Shown piece by piece: positions 26,931-36,590 of a stretch of DNA of 62,706 nt (its first letter is position 1; the number at the start of each line of letters is the position of its first letter). The notes under the pieces were generated by a model. The model searched no databases. It was not told the DNA's origin and worked only from the letters and a program-made list of their open reading frames with translations. The position numbers were made by a program, and so were the translations under genes. Source of the stretch: an uncultured Bacteriovoracaceae bacterium (GTDB taxonomy: Bacteria > Desulfobacterota > Desulfomonilia > UBA1062); the NCBI GenBank assembly GCA_964572405.1, contig CAZNGL010000003.1, positions 1 through 62,706 of the forward strand. Reading direction: 5' to 3'.

Positions 26931-27896
26931 CGGCTCATCCAGAAGATTGTCGAGATCACGAATGACCATGTCCGCGGTTATTCCCCGCATGCACCTGGGG
27001 TCCTCGCAGTGCCTCCTGTTGCAGGGCATGCAGTCGAGGTCGAGCCGGGTGACCTTCCCCTTCAGCGGGCCTGTCCTGCGGGGGTCGGAGGGTCCCATGA
27101 GGGCCAGGACCTTCCTGCCCAGGGCGACGGCGAGGTGCATGGGCCCGGTATCGCAGCTCACGACCGCCCGGGACCCGGCGACTACCTCCTTGAGTTCAAG
27201 GATGGTCGTCCGCCCTGTCATGTCCATGACAGGGCAGCGTGCGAGGGATGCTATCCTGCGCCCCATGCCTCTGTCTTCGGGGCCGCCCGTGAGCACGGCC
27301 GGGAGGGAGCGGTGATGCGACAGGTGCTCCGCCAGGGCTGCAAACCCCTCTGCCGTCCAGCGGTTGGCGCCCTTGGTGGCGCCGATGTTCAGGACGACAT
27401 ATGCCTCGGGTATGCCCTCGGGTATGTTTCCCGATACAGGGATATCCCATCGGATCTCTCCGGGGTGGAGCCCGAGGTGGGATGCGAATTCCAGGTACTG
27501 ACGGGCCATGTGGGCCCCCGGGTCGGCTGCCGGGATGCGCTCGAAGGGCAGCATCCACGTGAGCTCCTTGCAGCGGGCCCGATCGAATCCCACGCGCCTC
27601 CTGCTCGAGGATGCCATGCAGAACAGGCCGGACTTGACGATGCGCTGGAGATCCAGCGCGATGTCGAAGCGCCGCGACCTGAGGCTGTGCAGGACGCCGG
27701 GCAGGACGCTACGCCAGTTTCTCTTGTCGAAGAGGATGACGTCGTCGACCGCGGGGTGTCCGGACACGATGGCGTGGCTCAGGGGTTCCACGAGCCAGTG
27801 GATGCGCGCGTCGAGCCGTTCCTTCAGCGTTACGGCCAGAGGCAGGGTGTTGATCACGTCGCCCAGGGCGCCCAGCTTGACGAAGAGGATGTCCAT
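26904..27896 (-). CDS. Glycosyltransferase family 9 (WaaC/WaaF-like heptosyltransferase)
   Basis: VKLGALGDVINTLP, CDTGPMHLA and GPSDP motifs; convergent with the first GT9. Confidence 0.9.
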   Translation of the reverse strand: MDILFVKLGALGDVINTLPLAVTLKERLDARIHWLVEPLSHAIVSGHPAVDDVILFDKRNWRSVLPGVLHSLRSRRFDIALDLQRIVKSGLFCMASSSRRRVGFDRARCKELTWMLPFERIPAADPGAHMARQYLEFASHLGLHPGEIRWDIPVSGNIPEGIPEAYVVLNIGATKGANRWTAEGFAALAEHLSHHRSLPAVLTGGPEDRGMGRRIASLARCPVMDMTGRTTILELKEVVAGSRAVVSCDTGPMHLAVALGRKVLALMGPSDPRRTGPLKGKVTRLDLDCMPCNRRHCEDPRCMRGITADMVIRDLDNLLDEPSGFQHLPA

Positions 27897-28057
27897 GACC
27901 ACCCTGTATACCATTGTCGGCTTGGGATGACAAAGCCATCGGCCGAGGCAATGCTGCGATATGCTTGATTCGCGCCGTGCATAATGGTATGCCAAGCACG
28001 CCGCAGGGACAGAGCGGGGTGCTGCACCTGCGTATCCATGCAAGAGGCGGATGTTCC

Positions 28058-28675
28058 ATGGAAAAGAACGGTCTGATACACAAGGTGTACTGGATGTACC
28101 GGAACATGCGCTACCGGAAGGTGGTGAGCCAGTGGATCCAAAGGGGCAGGCCCGTTCCTCCCCCCCACAAGGTGAAGCAGCTCGTCATCAGGGAATATGC
28201 CCGGCGTCACGGGATCAGGGTGTTCGTGGAGACCGGGACCTTCCGGGGTGAGATGCTCGACGCGGTGGGCGATCTGTTCGACAGGATGTACTCCATCGAG
28301 CTCAGCACGGAGCTCTACGCCAAGGCCAGGGAGAAGTTCAGGGGGAGACGGGACATCGAGCTGATCCAGGGTGACAGCGGCGAGGAACTGGGGAAGATCC
28401 TCACCGCCCTGCGCGAGCCGGCCCTGTTCTGGCTCGACAGCCATTATTCAGGGGGCGTTACCGCCAAGGGGGCGAGCGAGACGCCCATCTTCACGGAGAT
28501 CGCCCATATCCTCGACGCGCAGGACCTCCGCCATGTGCTCCTCATCGACGACGCACGGCTCTTCGGCGCGAACCCGGACTATCCGTCCATAGCGGAATTG
28601 TCCGAGTTCATCATGTCCAGGAGGAAGGACGCGTCCATTACGGTGGAGGACGATGTCATCAGGGTCATCCTGTGA
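28058..28675 (+). CDS. Putative SAM-dependent methyltransferase-fold protein
   Basis: FVETGTFRG, SIEL, GDSG, FWLDSH and LIDDAR motifs. Confidence 0.6.
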   Translation: MEKNGLIHKVYWMYRNMRYRKVVSQWIQRGRPVPPPHKVKQLVIREYARRHGIRVFVETGTFRGEMLDAVGDLFDRMYSIELSTELYAKAREKFRGRRDIELIQGDSGEELGKILTALREPALFWLDSHYSGGVTAKGASETPIFTEIAHILDAQDLRHVLLIDDARLFGANPDYPSIAELSEFIMSRRKDASITVEDDVIRVIL

Positions 28676-29595
28676 CAGCGCGCGCCCGAATGATCCCATC
28701 CGCTTCCCCCCAGGTCATCATCCGCCTGAAGGGCGGTCTCGGCAACCAGCTCTTCATGTATGCCTTCGCCAAGTCCATGGCCCTCAGGAACGCGGTTCCC
28801 CTCAGCCTGGATACAGTGAGCGGGTTCGCGCTCGACACGGCCTACAGGAGACAATACCAGCTGCACCACTTCCTCATCGAAGAGGACCCCGGCGCGCAGG
28901 GTGTATCCCCCCTCGGCGCATGGGGTGATGCTAGGAGGAAGCTGGTGAAGAGGGTCAACAGGATTCTCCCCCTCAGGATGAGATCCTACGTGAAGGAGAG
29001 GGTGAAGGGATTCGACGAGGAGATATACCGGATGCCCATTGCCCGCAGCACCTGTTTCGACGGGTACTGGCAGTCGTACCGGTACTTCGAGGCGGTGGAG
29101 GGCATGATCCGGGAGCGGCTGAGGATCAAAGAGGCACTGGCGCCGGAGCATGAAGAAGAGGCGCGGCTGATACGGTCGTGCACGGCGGTCTGCCTCGCCG
29201 TGCGCCGGTTCGGGGAAGTGTCGGGCAGGAAGAGGGGGAAGATGACCATCCTCGATGCCAACTACTACCACAGGGCCATGCGCATCATGGCGGAACGGGT
29301 CGCGAGCCCCCACTTCTTCGTCTTCACCCAGGACCGCCAGTGGGCACGAGAGAACATCGATCAGGAGCACCACAGGGTGACCTTCGTCCGCGAGAAGGAT
29401 CCGGCCTCCGGCGCGGTGGCGGATCTCACGCTGATGTCGCTGTGCAGGCACTTCATCATCTCCAACAGCACCCTGCACTGGTGGGGGGCCTGGCTGAACG
29501 CCGATCCTGACAAGGTGGTGATCGCGCCCATGCAGGGGTGGGGCCAGCGGGAGATCCTGCCCCCGGCGTGGCTCAGGGTTGACTGCACCGCGTAA
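28672..29595 (+). CDS. Alpha-1,2-fucosyltransferase family (GT11)
   Basis: GGLGNQLFMY, GYWQS and SNSTLHWWGAWL motifs. Confidence 0.88.
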   Translation: MTARARMIPSASPQVIIRLKGGLGNQLFMYAFAKSMALRNAVPLSLDTVSGFALDTAYRRQYQLHHFLIEEDPGAQGVSPLGAWGDARRKLVKRVNRILPLRMRSYVKERVKGFDEEIYRMPIARSTCFDGYWQSYRYFEAVEGMIRERLRIKEALAPEHEEEARLIRSCTAVCLAVRRFGEVSGRKRGKMTILDANYYHRAMRIMAERVASPHFFVFTQDRQWARENIDQEHHRVTFVREKDPASGAVADLTLMSLCRHFIISNSTLHWWGAWLNADPDKVVIAPMQGWGQREILPPAWLRVDCTA

Positions 29596-29603
29596 GCGGG
29601 TGC

Positions 29604-30365
29604 ATGACGGATAGGGAGAAGACACGGGCGGAGATGGAAGACTACAGGCAACGTTTCTACGCAAACAGGCACTCCAGGACGGTGTATTCCGCAGAGACCG
29701 TCCTCGATCGCCTGTTCACTCTGGTCCCCGGGATCCAGTCCGTGGTGGACGTGGGCTGCGGGGTGGGAACCTGGCTCCACGTGTCTCAGAACAAAGGGGT
29801 GAAGGACATCCTGGGAATCGACGGCCCGTGGGTGAACCGCGACCTCCTCGTGATACCCGAGGAATGTTTCCTCGTTCGCGACCTGTCCGGGGAGATCGTC
29901 CTGCCGGAGAGATACGATCTTGCCATATCCCTCGAGGTTGCCGAGCATATACCGGCCTCACAGGTGCACGCCTATGCGAGGTCCCTGGTCTCGCTGTCCG
30001 ACACCGTGCTCTTTTCCGGAGCCATCCCCTATCAGGGGGGGAGGAACCATGTGAACGAACAGTGGCCGGAGTACTGGTACAGGCTGTTCCAGGGGTACGG
30101 CTACGACTGCCTGGACGTCTTCAGGATGGCCATCTGGGATGACGAGGGGATCCGTCCGTGGTACAGACAGAACCTGCTCCTCTTCATGCAGAAGGACCGC
30201 CTCAGGGAGCGGGGGCTCGAGGGGTATGCGGCAGGGGGCCCACCGCCGGCGCTGGTGCATCCCGGCATCTTCATCCCCAAGATGGAGCCGACCCGGACCG
30301 TGAAGGGGGCATGGAAAATCCTCTGGAAGGCCGTGAAACGCACACTGAGGGCGATGAAGCCATGA
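29604..30365 (+). CDS. Class I SAM-dependent methyltransferase
   Basis: VDVGCGVG, DLAISLEVAEH and GGRNHVNEQW motifs. Confidence 0.85.
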   Translation: MTDREKTRAEMEDYRQRFYANRHSRTVYSAETVLDRLFTLVPGIQSVVDVGCGVGTWLHVSQNKGVKDILGIDGPWVNRDLLVIPEECFLVRDLSGEIVLPERYDLAISLEVAEHIPASQVHAYARSLVSLSDTVLFSGAIPYQGGRNHVNEQWPEYWYRLFQGYGYDCLDVFRMAIWDDEGIRPWYRQNLLLFMQKDRLRERGLEGYAAGGPPPALVHPGIFIPKMEPTRTVKGAWKILWKAVKRTLRAMKP

Positions 30366-30407
30366 CCGGGGTTATCCCCTCGGGCAGATGCAAACAGGGA
30401 TGAGACG

Positions 30408-31376
30408 ATGCCGAAGCTGATCGTTTTCGGGAAATCGAAGAGAAAGACGCGGAAGGTCGCCCATATCGCGCGGGCGTTCAGCGATCTCGGGAACGAGACG
30501 CTCTGGCTCAATGCCCACAGGATCCGGAGATGGCTGAAGTCCTGGGCGAATCCCTACATCCTGAAGCGGATAGAGAGGTTCGACCCCGATATCGTCTTCA
30601 TCCACAACATGGACCTCCCGCTCCCCGTCCTGGAGAAGCTCTCGGGGACCCACATACTGACCGTCATGTACTACCATGACGGGTGGAGGCTCGATCAGCT
30701 CGATGAAGTGGCTAAGTGGGGCAGGAAGGTGGACCTTTTCCTGGAGAATGCAAAGGGCCTTCACGATCAGTTCCGGGAGGTGGGGATCAAGGACCCCGTC
30801 TTCATCATCGAGGGGTGCGACAAGCACGAGCACAGGATACGAAAGGCCGTGCTGCCCATATGGAAATCCGACGTCGCCTTCGTCGGGGCCGCCAGGCCCG
30901 ACGAACCGAGGATACAGCTGATACGGGATCTCTCGCAGATATGCAAGGTGAGGATATACGGGAAGGACTGGAAACGGTTCAATATCAGGACCACGCTTCG
31001 TGAAGTCCGCCCCGGTGGATATGCCAAGGTGTGCTCCGGCGCAAAGATCATGCTGGGCATCGATGCGGTGACCACCATCGAGGGTCACTGGACCAACCGG
31101 TTGTGGCTGACCCTCGGATGCGGTGGATTCCATCTGACGAATTACATCCCCGGAATGGAGGAGGTCTTCGAGAACAGGAAACACCTCGTTTGGTACCATG
31201 ACCATGATGAGTGTATCTCCCTTGTCCGTGAATACCTGGCAAAGCCCGAGGAGAGGAAGAGGATAGCCATGACCGGGTATGCCTATGTGCACGAGCATCA
31301 CACCTTCCATCACTTTGCCCGGAAAGTCCTCGACATCTGTGATGAGGCGATGAAGGCAAGGCAGTCCCCTGCGTGA
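30408..31376 (+). CDS. Glycosyltransferase (CgeB/YkvP-like, GT-B fold)
   Basis: SDVAFVG, NRLW-x-TLGCGGF, FENRKHLVWY and HTFHH patterns. Confidence 0.75.
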   Translation: MPKLIVFGKSKRKTRKVAHIARAFSDLGNETLWLNAHRIRRWLKSWANPYILKRIERFDPDIVFIHNMDLPLPVLEKLSGTHILTVMYYHDGWRLDQLDEVAKWGRKVDLFLENAKGLHDQFREVGIKDPVFIIEGCDKHEHRIRKAVLPIWKSDVAFVGAARPDEPRIQLIRDLSQICKVRIYGKDWKRFNIRTTLREVRPGGYAKVCSGAKIMLGIDAVTTIEGHWTNRLWLTLGCGGFHLTNYIPGMEEVFENRKHLVWYHDHDECISLVREYLAKPEERKRIAMTGYAYVHEHHTFHHFARKVLDICDEAMKARQSPA

Positions 31377-31386
31377 GAAGGCGGGC

Positions 31387-32448
31387 ATGAAGATACTCCA
31401 CATGAACCTGGAGCGTGGATGGCGGGGGGGGGAACAGCAGACGCTCTACCTCATGGAGGGGCTGAGGTCGCTCGGCCATGAGAGCGCGCTGCTGACACGG
31501 TGGAACAGGGATCTTGTCTCCCGGGTCCGTACCGCAGGGTTCCCCGTGATCGTCATTCCGAAGCCGTTCGTTCTCCACGGATATCACCTGCAGGGCTACG
31601 ACATCATCCATGCCCACGAGACGAGGGGGCTCCAGATCGCCTCCCTCTGGAAACGGGTGTACGGGAAACCCCTCATCTATACACGACGGGTGGACAACCC
31701 TCCCGGCTCTCACCTGTTCAATCGATGGAAATTCCGCCAGGTGGACCGCCTCGTGGCGATCTCCCGGAAGGTCCGCGACGTCATGGCCCGGTGGGGATAT
31801 GACCCGGACAGGATCAGGGTGATACACAGCTCTGTCCCCTGTGCCAATGACCTGGACCGGGAAGCTCTGGACGCGCTGAAGACGCGCTTCCGTCATCGCC
31901 GGGTCGTGGGGTGCGTGGCGTCTCTCGAGAAGAGGAAGGACCATGCGACCCTGCTCAGGGCCGCCAAGATCGTCCAGGAGGAGATGCCCGATGTGGTCTT
32001 CGTCCTGGTGGGCGATGGTGACATGAGGGTACGCCTCGAGGGGCAGGCGTCTGCCCTGGGTCTGGAAAACGTGGTGTTCGAGGGGTACCGGGCAGATCCG
32101 TTCCCGTACTATGGGGTGTTCGATGTATTCGTCATGCCCTCGAGAGAGGAGGGGCTCTGCAGCTCGATCCTTGACGCCTTCCGCTACGGGGTCCCCGTGG
32201 TGGCCACCGATGCAGGGGGCATCCCGGAGCTGGTGACCCACGGCGAGACCGGGCTGCTCGCAAGGGTCGGAGATGACCCCGGCATTGCCGGATGCATCAT
32301 GAGGATGCTCGGTGACAGCGGCCTGCAGCAGGGATGTGCCCTCAGGGCCCATGCTTTTCTGATGAAGGGGTTCACCCTGGAAACCATGGCCGGCGCCTAC
32401 GAACGGGTTTACCTGGAGGCCGCAGGCGGTCATCAGGGAGAGGGCTAG
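31387..32448 (+). CDS. Glycosyltransferase family 4
   Basis: WRGGEQQ, KRKDH and PSREEGLCSSILDA...PVVATDAGGIPE motifs. Confidence 0.9.
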   Translation: MKILHMNLERGWRGGEQQTLYLMEGLRSLGHESALLTRWNRDLVSRVRTAGFPVIVIPKPFVLHGYHLQGYDIIHAHETRGLQIASLWKRVYGKPLIYTRRVDNPPGSHLFNRWKFRQVDRLVAISRKVRDVMARWGYDPDRIRVIHSSVPCANDLDREALDALKTRFRHRRVVGCVASLEKRKDHATLLRAAKIVQEEMPDVVFVLVGDGDMRVRLEGQASALGLENVVFEGYRADPFPYYGVFDVFVMPSREEGLCSSILDAFRYGVPVVATDAGGIPELVTHGETGLLARVGDDPGIAGCIMRMLGDSGLQQGCALRAHAFLMKGFTLETMAGAYERVYLEAAGGHQGEG

Positions 32449-32452
32449 GCGG

Positions 32453-33907
32453 ATGACGTGCGCGTTGCAAGACACCCTGGACGGCATAACGAGGGAGCAC
32501 AAGGAACAGCCATGCCCGGTTCCCTTCCATATGGAGATTGCCGGACTCGGGGGTATCACCTGTTCGGGGATCTTCGAGGTGTACGACAGGAAACGCATCA
32601 CGTTCATGGGAGTGTCCGAATCGGGGAACGTGGTGGTGAAGCTCTTCTTCTCGAAGAGGGGTGCGCACAGACACTGGAAGAGGAGCGACCGCGGGTCCAG
32701 GGAGTTCCTACAGCGGGGGATCCCCGCACCCGGGATACTGTTTTCCGGATACCTCCCCGCATATGGGTTTTATGCCCTCGTTCTCGAGTACCTCGAGGGA
32801 GGGACCGGCCTTGACCGGGTGATGGAGGAGGTGAGCGACCCGGACAAACGGGACGCATGCCTCGATGCGCTCCTTTCGGCCGTTGCGGAGCAGCATTCCC
32901 GTGGGATTGTCCAGAAGGATATCCACATGGGGAATTTCGTCATGAGGGGCGGGGAGGTATTCTCCCTCGACGGAGACCTGGTCAGGGGCATGCCGGGCCC
33001 CCTGGACAGGATGCAGTCTCTGATGCACGTCGCATGGCTGTTCGCCAACCACTTTGATACATTCGGACCGGATGTGAAGAGGTGGTGGGAGGCCTATTGC
33101 CGGAACAGGGGATGGGTGATTTCCGAGAATGACGCGGGTATACTCTCTGAGGAGATCCTTCGGATACGGAGGAGAAATTTTTCCAAGACCAAGGGGAAGG
33201 TGTTCAGGACATGGGGGCCATACCTGGCGCGGAAAGGGACGGGCTTTCTGTCCGTGTATGACAACCGTGCCGCGATCGTGGCATATGAGACGCTCCTGGA
33301 GCTTTCTCGGGATAAGCCTCGTCGTGGAAGGGGCGACCATGGCAGGGTCTTCAGGGAGGTGCATGCCGATGATGTGCGTCTGCTCATGTATTCCTCGCAG
33401 GGATACGGGCCGGGCGCTGCCAGGGGGTTCTGGTCCGCATGCAGGATCTGGAAGTATGCCTGCATGCTCAGGTGGCTCGGCATCAGAACCCCTGTTCCCG
33501 TTGCCCTGATCTGCAGGAAAACCGGTGTTCTCAGGTACGAGTGCACCGTGTTCTTCCACCCGGCGAAAGGCGATGGCCTGCGCGGGTTCTTCCGCTCCGG
33601 GGAGATATCCCGTGATGACAAGGGCGCTGTTGCGGCCAGACTCGCAGGGGCGTGCGCAACCATGAAAACATTCGGGCTGTTCCTCGACAGGCTGATGCCC
33701 GATGAGATCGTCGTTTCAGAAGGGGATGTCGTCTTTTATGGGCTGGATGCGCTGGGAGAGGCAACTCATGGGGGCAGGAGGTGGGCCCGGACGCTGCATG
33801 CGTTCCTCGGGGAATGCAGAGATGCGCCAGACATGAGGGGTGTCCTGGCGGACGAGTTTCAGAAGAAGGGGCTGCTCCGGTACGCCCCTGGAACAGGAGG
33901 TTCCTGA
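32453..33907 (+). CDS. Lipopolysaccharide kinase family protein (InaA/Kdo/WaaP-like), two-domain
   Basis: N-terminal VVKLF, GIPAP, QKDIHMGNF and LDGD; second domain with GIRTPVPVA but degenerate catalytic loop. Confidence 0.75.
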   Translation: MTCALQDTLDGITREHKEQPCPVPFHMEIAGLGGITCSGIFEVYDRKRITFMGVSESGNVVVKLFFSKRGAHRHWKRSDRGSREFLQRGIPAPGILFSGYLPAYGFYALVLEYLEGGTGLDRVMEEVSDPDKRDACLDALLSAVAEQHSRGIVQKDIHMGNFVMRGGEVFSLDGDLVRGMPGPLDRMQSLMHVAWLFANHFDTFGPDVKRWWEAYCRNRGWVISENDAGILSEEILRIRRRNFSKTKGKVFRTWGPYLARKGTGFLSVYDNRAAIVAYETLLELSRDKPRRGRGDHGRVFREVHADDVRLLMYSSQGYGPGAARGFWSACRIWKYACMLRWLGIRTPVPVALICRKTGVLRYECTVFFHPAKGDGLRGFFRSGEISRDDKGAVAARLAGACATMKTFGLFLDRLMPDEIVVSEGDVVFYGLDALGEATHGGRRWARTLHAFLGECRDAPDMRGVLADEFQKKGLLRYAPGTGGS

Positions 33908-34001
33908 GAAGGGGATCGGTTGTCAGGAGCTGAACTCGCCCTTGACGCGGTGAGTGCAACTCGCTTACACCGTGGAGAGAGTTCCCCGAGGAGGAGCATC
34001 G

Positions 34002-34490
34002 ATGGAGGAGCAGGGAGAAAGGGCTGACGGGAGACACGTGAAGGCCATCGTCGTGGTGGTGTTCCTGGTCTTCCTGGTGGGCGTTTTCGTCGGGTACTAC
34101 ATCTGGGGGTACCGCAAGCAGCAGCACCCCGACTACAAGGACATGCTCAGGCAGACCATCAGCTATATCTCCACCCTGGAAGAGAAGAACGAGAAGATGA
34201 CCGCCACCATCGGCACCTTGGAGAACGACGTGTCCTCGCTGAAGAAGCAGTTGGCAGCCCCCGAGGGAGACCAGCAGGCCCGCATCAGCGAGCGGCTGGC
34301 CGTCCTGGAGAAGGAGAACGCAGACCTGCAGGCGCTGAAGGCTCAGCAGGAGGCCCTCGAGCTGGAGAACCAGCAGCTGCGCCAGCGCGTGCAGACCCTG
34401 GTGGAGCAGCTCAATGCCTCAGGGCAGCCCGGGACATCCTCCCCGCAGCAGGGGCCGAGCGGCATGTCGCCGGGAGCATCAGGATATTAG
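34002..34490 (+). CDS. Membrane-anchored coiled-coil protein
   Basis: GAGGAG RBS; single TM (IVVVVFLVFLVGVFVGYYIW) followed by heptad repeats. Confidence 0.75.
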   Translation: MEEQGERADGRHVKAIVVVVFLVFLVGVFVGYYIWGYRKQQHPDYKDMLRQTISYISTLEEKNEKMTATIGTLENDVSSLKKQLAAPEGDQQARISERLAVLEKENADLQALKAQQEALELENQQLRQRVQTLVEQLNASGQPGTSSPQQGPSGMSPGASGY

Positions 34491-34495
34491 GGAGT

Positions 34496-35923
34496 TCAGG
34501 CCCCGATGATCTTGTTGATGAACAGCGGCGCCAGTTCGGGGTCGAACTGCGTCCCGGTGCAGCGAAGGATCTCTTCGATGGCCCTGTTGATGGCCAGACC
34601 TTCCCGGTAGGGCCGGTCCGATGTCATGGCGTCGTACGAATCTGCCAGGGTGATGATGCGGGAGAGCAGGGGGATCTCACGGCCGCCGATGCCCAGGGGG
34701 TATCCCTTGCCGTCGTAGCGCTCGTGGTGGAAGCGGATGATCTCGGTCTCGCGGGCCATGGGCGGCAGCTGTTTGAGGATGTCCGCGCCGATGTCGGGGT
34801 GCCGCTTGATGGTCATGAACTCCTCGTCCGTGAGCTTGTCCGGCTTCAGCAGGATGCTGTCCGGGATGCCCACCTTGCCGATGTCGTGCAGGGAGGCGGC
34901 GATATAGAGCACGTCCTTCTCGTCCTGGGGAAGCTCGAGGACGTCCGCTATGGCCAGCGAGAAGTTGGTTACCCGGGTGGAGTGCTGGGACGTGTGGGGG
35001 TCGCGGGCGTCGAGGATCTTGGCCATGCTCTTCAGGGTGGAGAGCATGTTCTCGTAGAGCCCCTCGTACAGCGCCACGTTCTCCATGCGCTCGGCGGAGC
35101 GGTTGAGCAGGTACAGGATCTTCCCTTCCTTTTCCTCCCCCAGGACCGTATCCGAATGGATGTCCAGCGTGCCGAAGACCTGGCCCTCGATCATGAGGGG
35201 AAAGATGGTCTGGAAGGTGCGCTCGCCGGTGGTCAGGTGACCGCTCAGCCGCATGATCCTCCCCTCCATCAGGTCGGTGCTGATGATCCTGTGGTGTCCC
35301 CGCTTGGTGTCTATGAGGGTCTGGGTCTTCCGGTTCAGGGGGTAGAACTCCACGTCCACGTCTTCCAGGAGCTGCTTCGACACGTCCACAATGGCGCCCA
35401 CCAGGTCGCGGATCCTCTTGAGGCTGATGATCTTCTCTGAGATGGTCTGGAGCGAGGTGATCTCGTTGTTCTTGTCCTCCAGCTGGCCCTTGAGGTTGTC
35501 GATGAGGCGGTAGAGCTGGATCGTGTCCGAATACTTGCGGTTTTCCTCAAGCAGGAGCTTTTCGCGCCTCATCTTGCCCAGCAGGAGCTGGATCTGGCTC
35601 ACCTTGAAGGGCTTGGAGAGGAAGTCCGAGGCCCCGCACTTCATGGCGTCGATGGCGATCTCCAGGGAGGCATAGCCCGTGATGACGATGATGGGCAGGG
35701 AGATGTCCTTTGCCTTGATCCGCTTGATGAGTTCGAGGCCGGTCATCTTGGGCATCATGATGTCGGTGAACACGCACAGGTACGAGGTGGTGTTCAGGCA
35801 GGACAGCGCTTCGATGCCGTCGGACGCGCAGTCGCAGCCGTAACCGAGCTCCTCGATGAGCTGTGCGATGGTGTCCCGTATCCCGGGATCGTCATCCACG
35901 ACGAGCACGCGGTCGCTCATCAC
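34496..35923 (-). CDS. Response regulator with HD-GYP (c-di-GMP phosphodiesterase) output
   Basis: REC domain (VVDDD, TDIMMP, KPF), GAF-like middle and HDIGK...HHERYDGKGYP. Confidence 0.9.
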   Translation of the reverse strand: MMSDRVLVVDDDPGIRDTIAQLIEELGYGCDCASDGIEALSCLNTTSYLCVFTDIMMPKMTGLELIKRIKAKDISLPIIVITGYASLEIAIDAMKCGASDFLSKPFKVSQIQLLLGKMRREKLLLEENRKYSDTIQLYRLIDNLKGQLEDKNNEITSLQTISEKIISLKRIRDLVGAIVDVSKQLLEDVDVEFYPLNRKTQTLIDTKRGHHRIISTDLMEGRIMRLSGHLTTGERTFQTIFPLMIEGQVFGTLDIHSDTVLGEEKEGKILYLLNRSAERMENVALYEGLYENMLSTLKSMAKILDARDPHTSQHSTRVTNFSLAIADVLELPQDEKDVLYIAASLHDIGKVGIPDSILLKPDKLTDEEFMTIKRHPDIGADILKQLPPMARETEIIRFHHERYDGKGYPLGIGGREIPLLSRIITLADSYDAMTSDRPYREGLAINRAIEEILRCTGTQFDPELAPLFINKIIGA

Positions 35924-36534
35924 ACTACCCTCTTGAGGATCCTGCCCTTGTATTCACCGAATTCCTTCTCCGAGATCAGCCCGTCGGCCTTGAGCTTCCC
36001 CAGGTATTCGATGGCCGCGAAGGCCTTGCTCATGTCGGGATTCCCCTGCAGGGGGTGCATCACCGGGGGCATCGACGACGGGATGAAGTCCTCGCCGCCC
36101 TCCTTCGTGAGCCTTGCCTGGAGCTGGTCCACCTGTTTTTTCAGCTGCGCGATCTCCTCGAGGAGGTCCTGTCGCTGTCTGAGCCGGGATACCACGAAGC
36201 GGATCTCCTCGATGTTGAAGGGCTTCTTGATGTATGAAAAGGCACCCCGGTTCACCGCCTCGATGGCGGTATCCAGGGAGGCGTATCCGGTTATCAGGAC
36301 GAATGGGACCCCGATCCCCCTCTTGTGGAGCGCATCCAGCAGCTCAAGCCCGGTCAGTCCCGGAAGCATGAGGTCAGAGATAATGATGTCGAACGACTCC
36401 TTATCGATGACTTCAAGGACTTCTTCGGCCCGGTGAAACCTCCTTGTCCTGAGCCCTTCCTCCGTGAGGATCTGTTCGATGAGATCGAGTATTTCGTCTT
36501 CGTCGTCCACTATGGCTGCACTGAGTTTCGCCAT
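35920..36534 (-). CDS. Response regulator receiver protein with short C-terminal SHOCT-like domain
   Basis: IVDDE, SDLMLPG, ITGY and KPF; C-terminal IEYLGKLKADGLISEKEFGEYKGRIL. Confidence 0.85.
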   Translation of the reverse strand: MAKLSAAIVDDEDEILDLIEQILTEEGLRTRRFHRAEEVLEVIDKESFDIIISDLMLPGLTGLELLDALHKRGIGVPFVLITGYASLDTAIEAVNRGAFSYIKKPFNIEEIRFVVSRLRQRQDLLEEIAQLKKQVDQLQARLTKEGGEDFIPSSMPPVMHPLQGNPDMSKAFAAIEYLGKLKADGLISEKEFGEYKGRILKRVV

Positions 36535-36590
36535 GCTTACCCTTATCGAACGGCACATGCGGTAACTTTAGCGATTTCGGAGGGGTCCTG

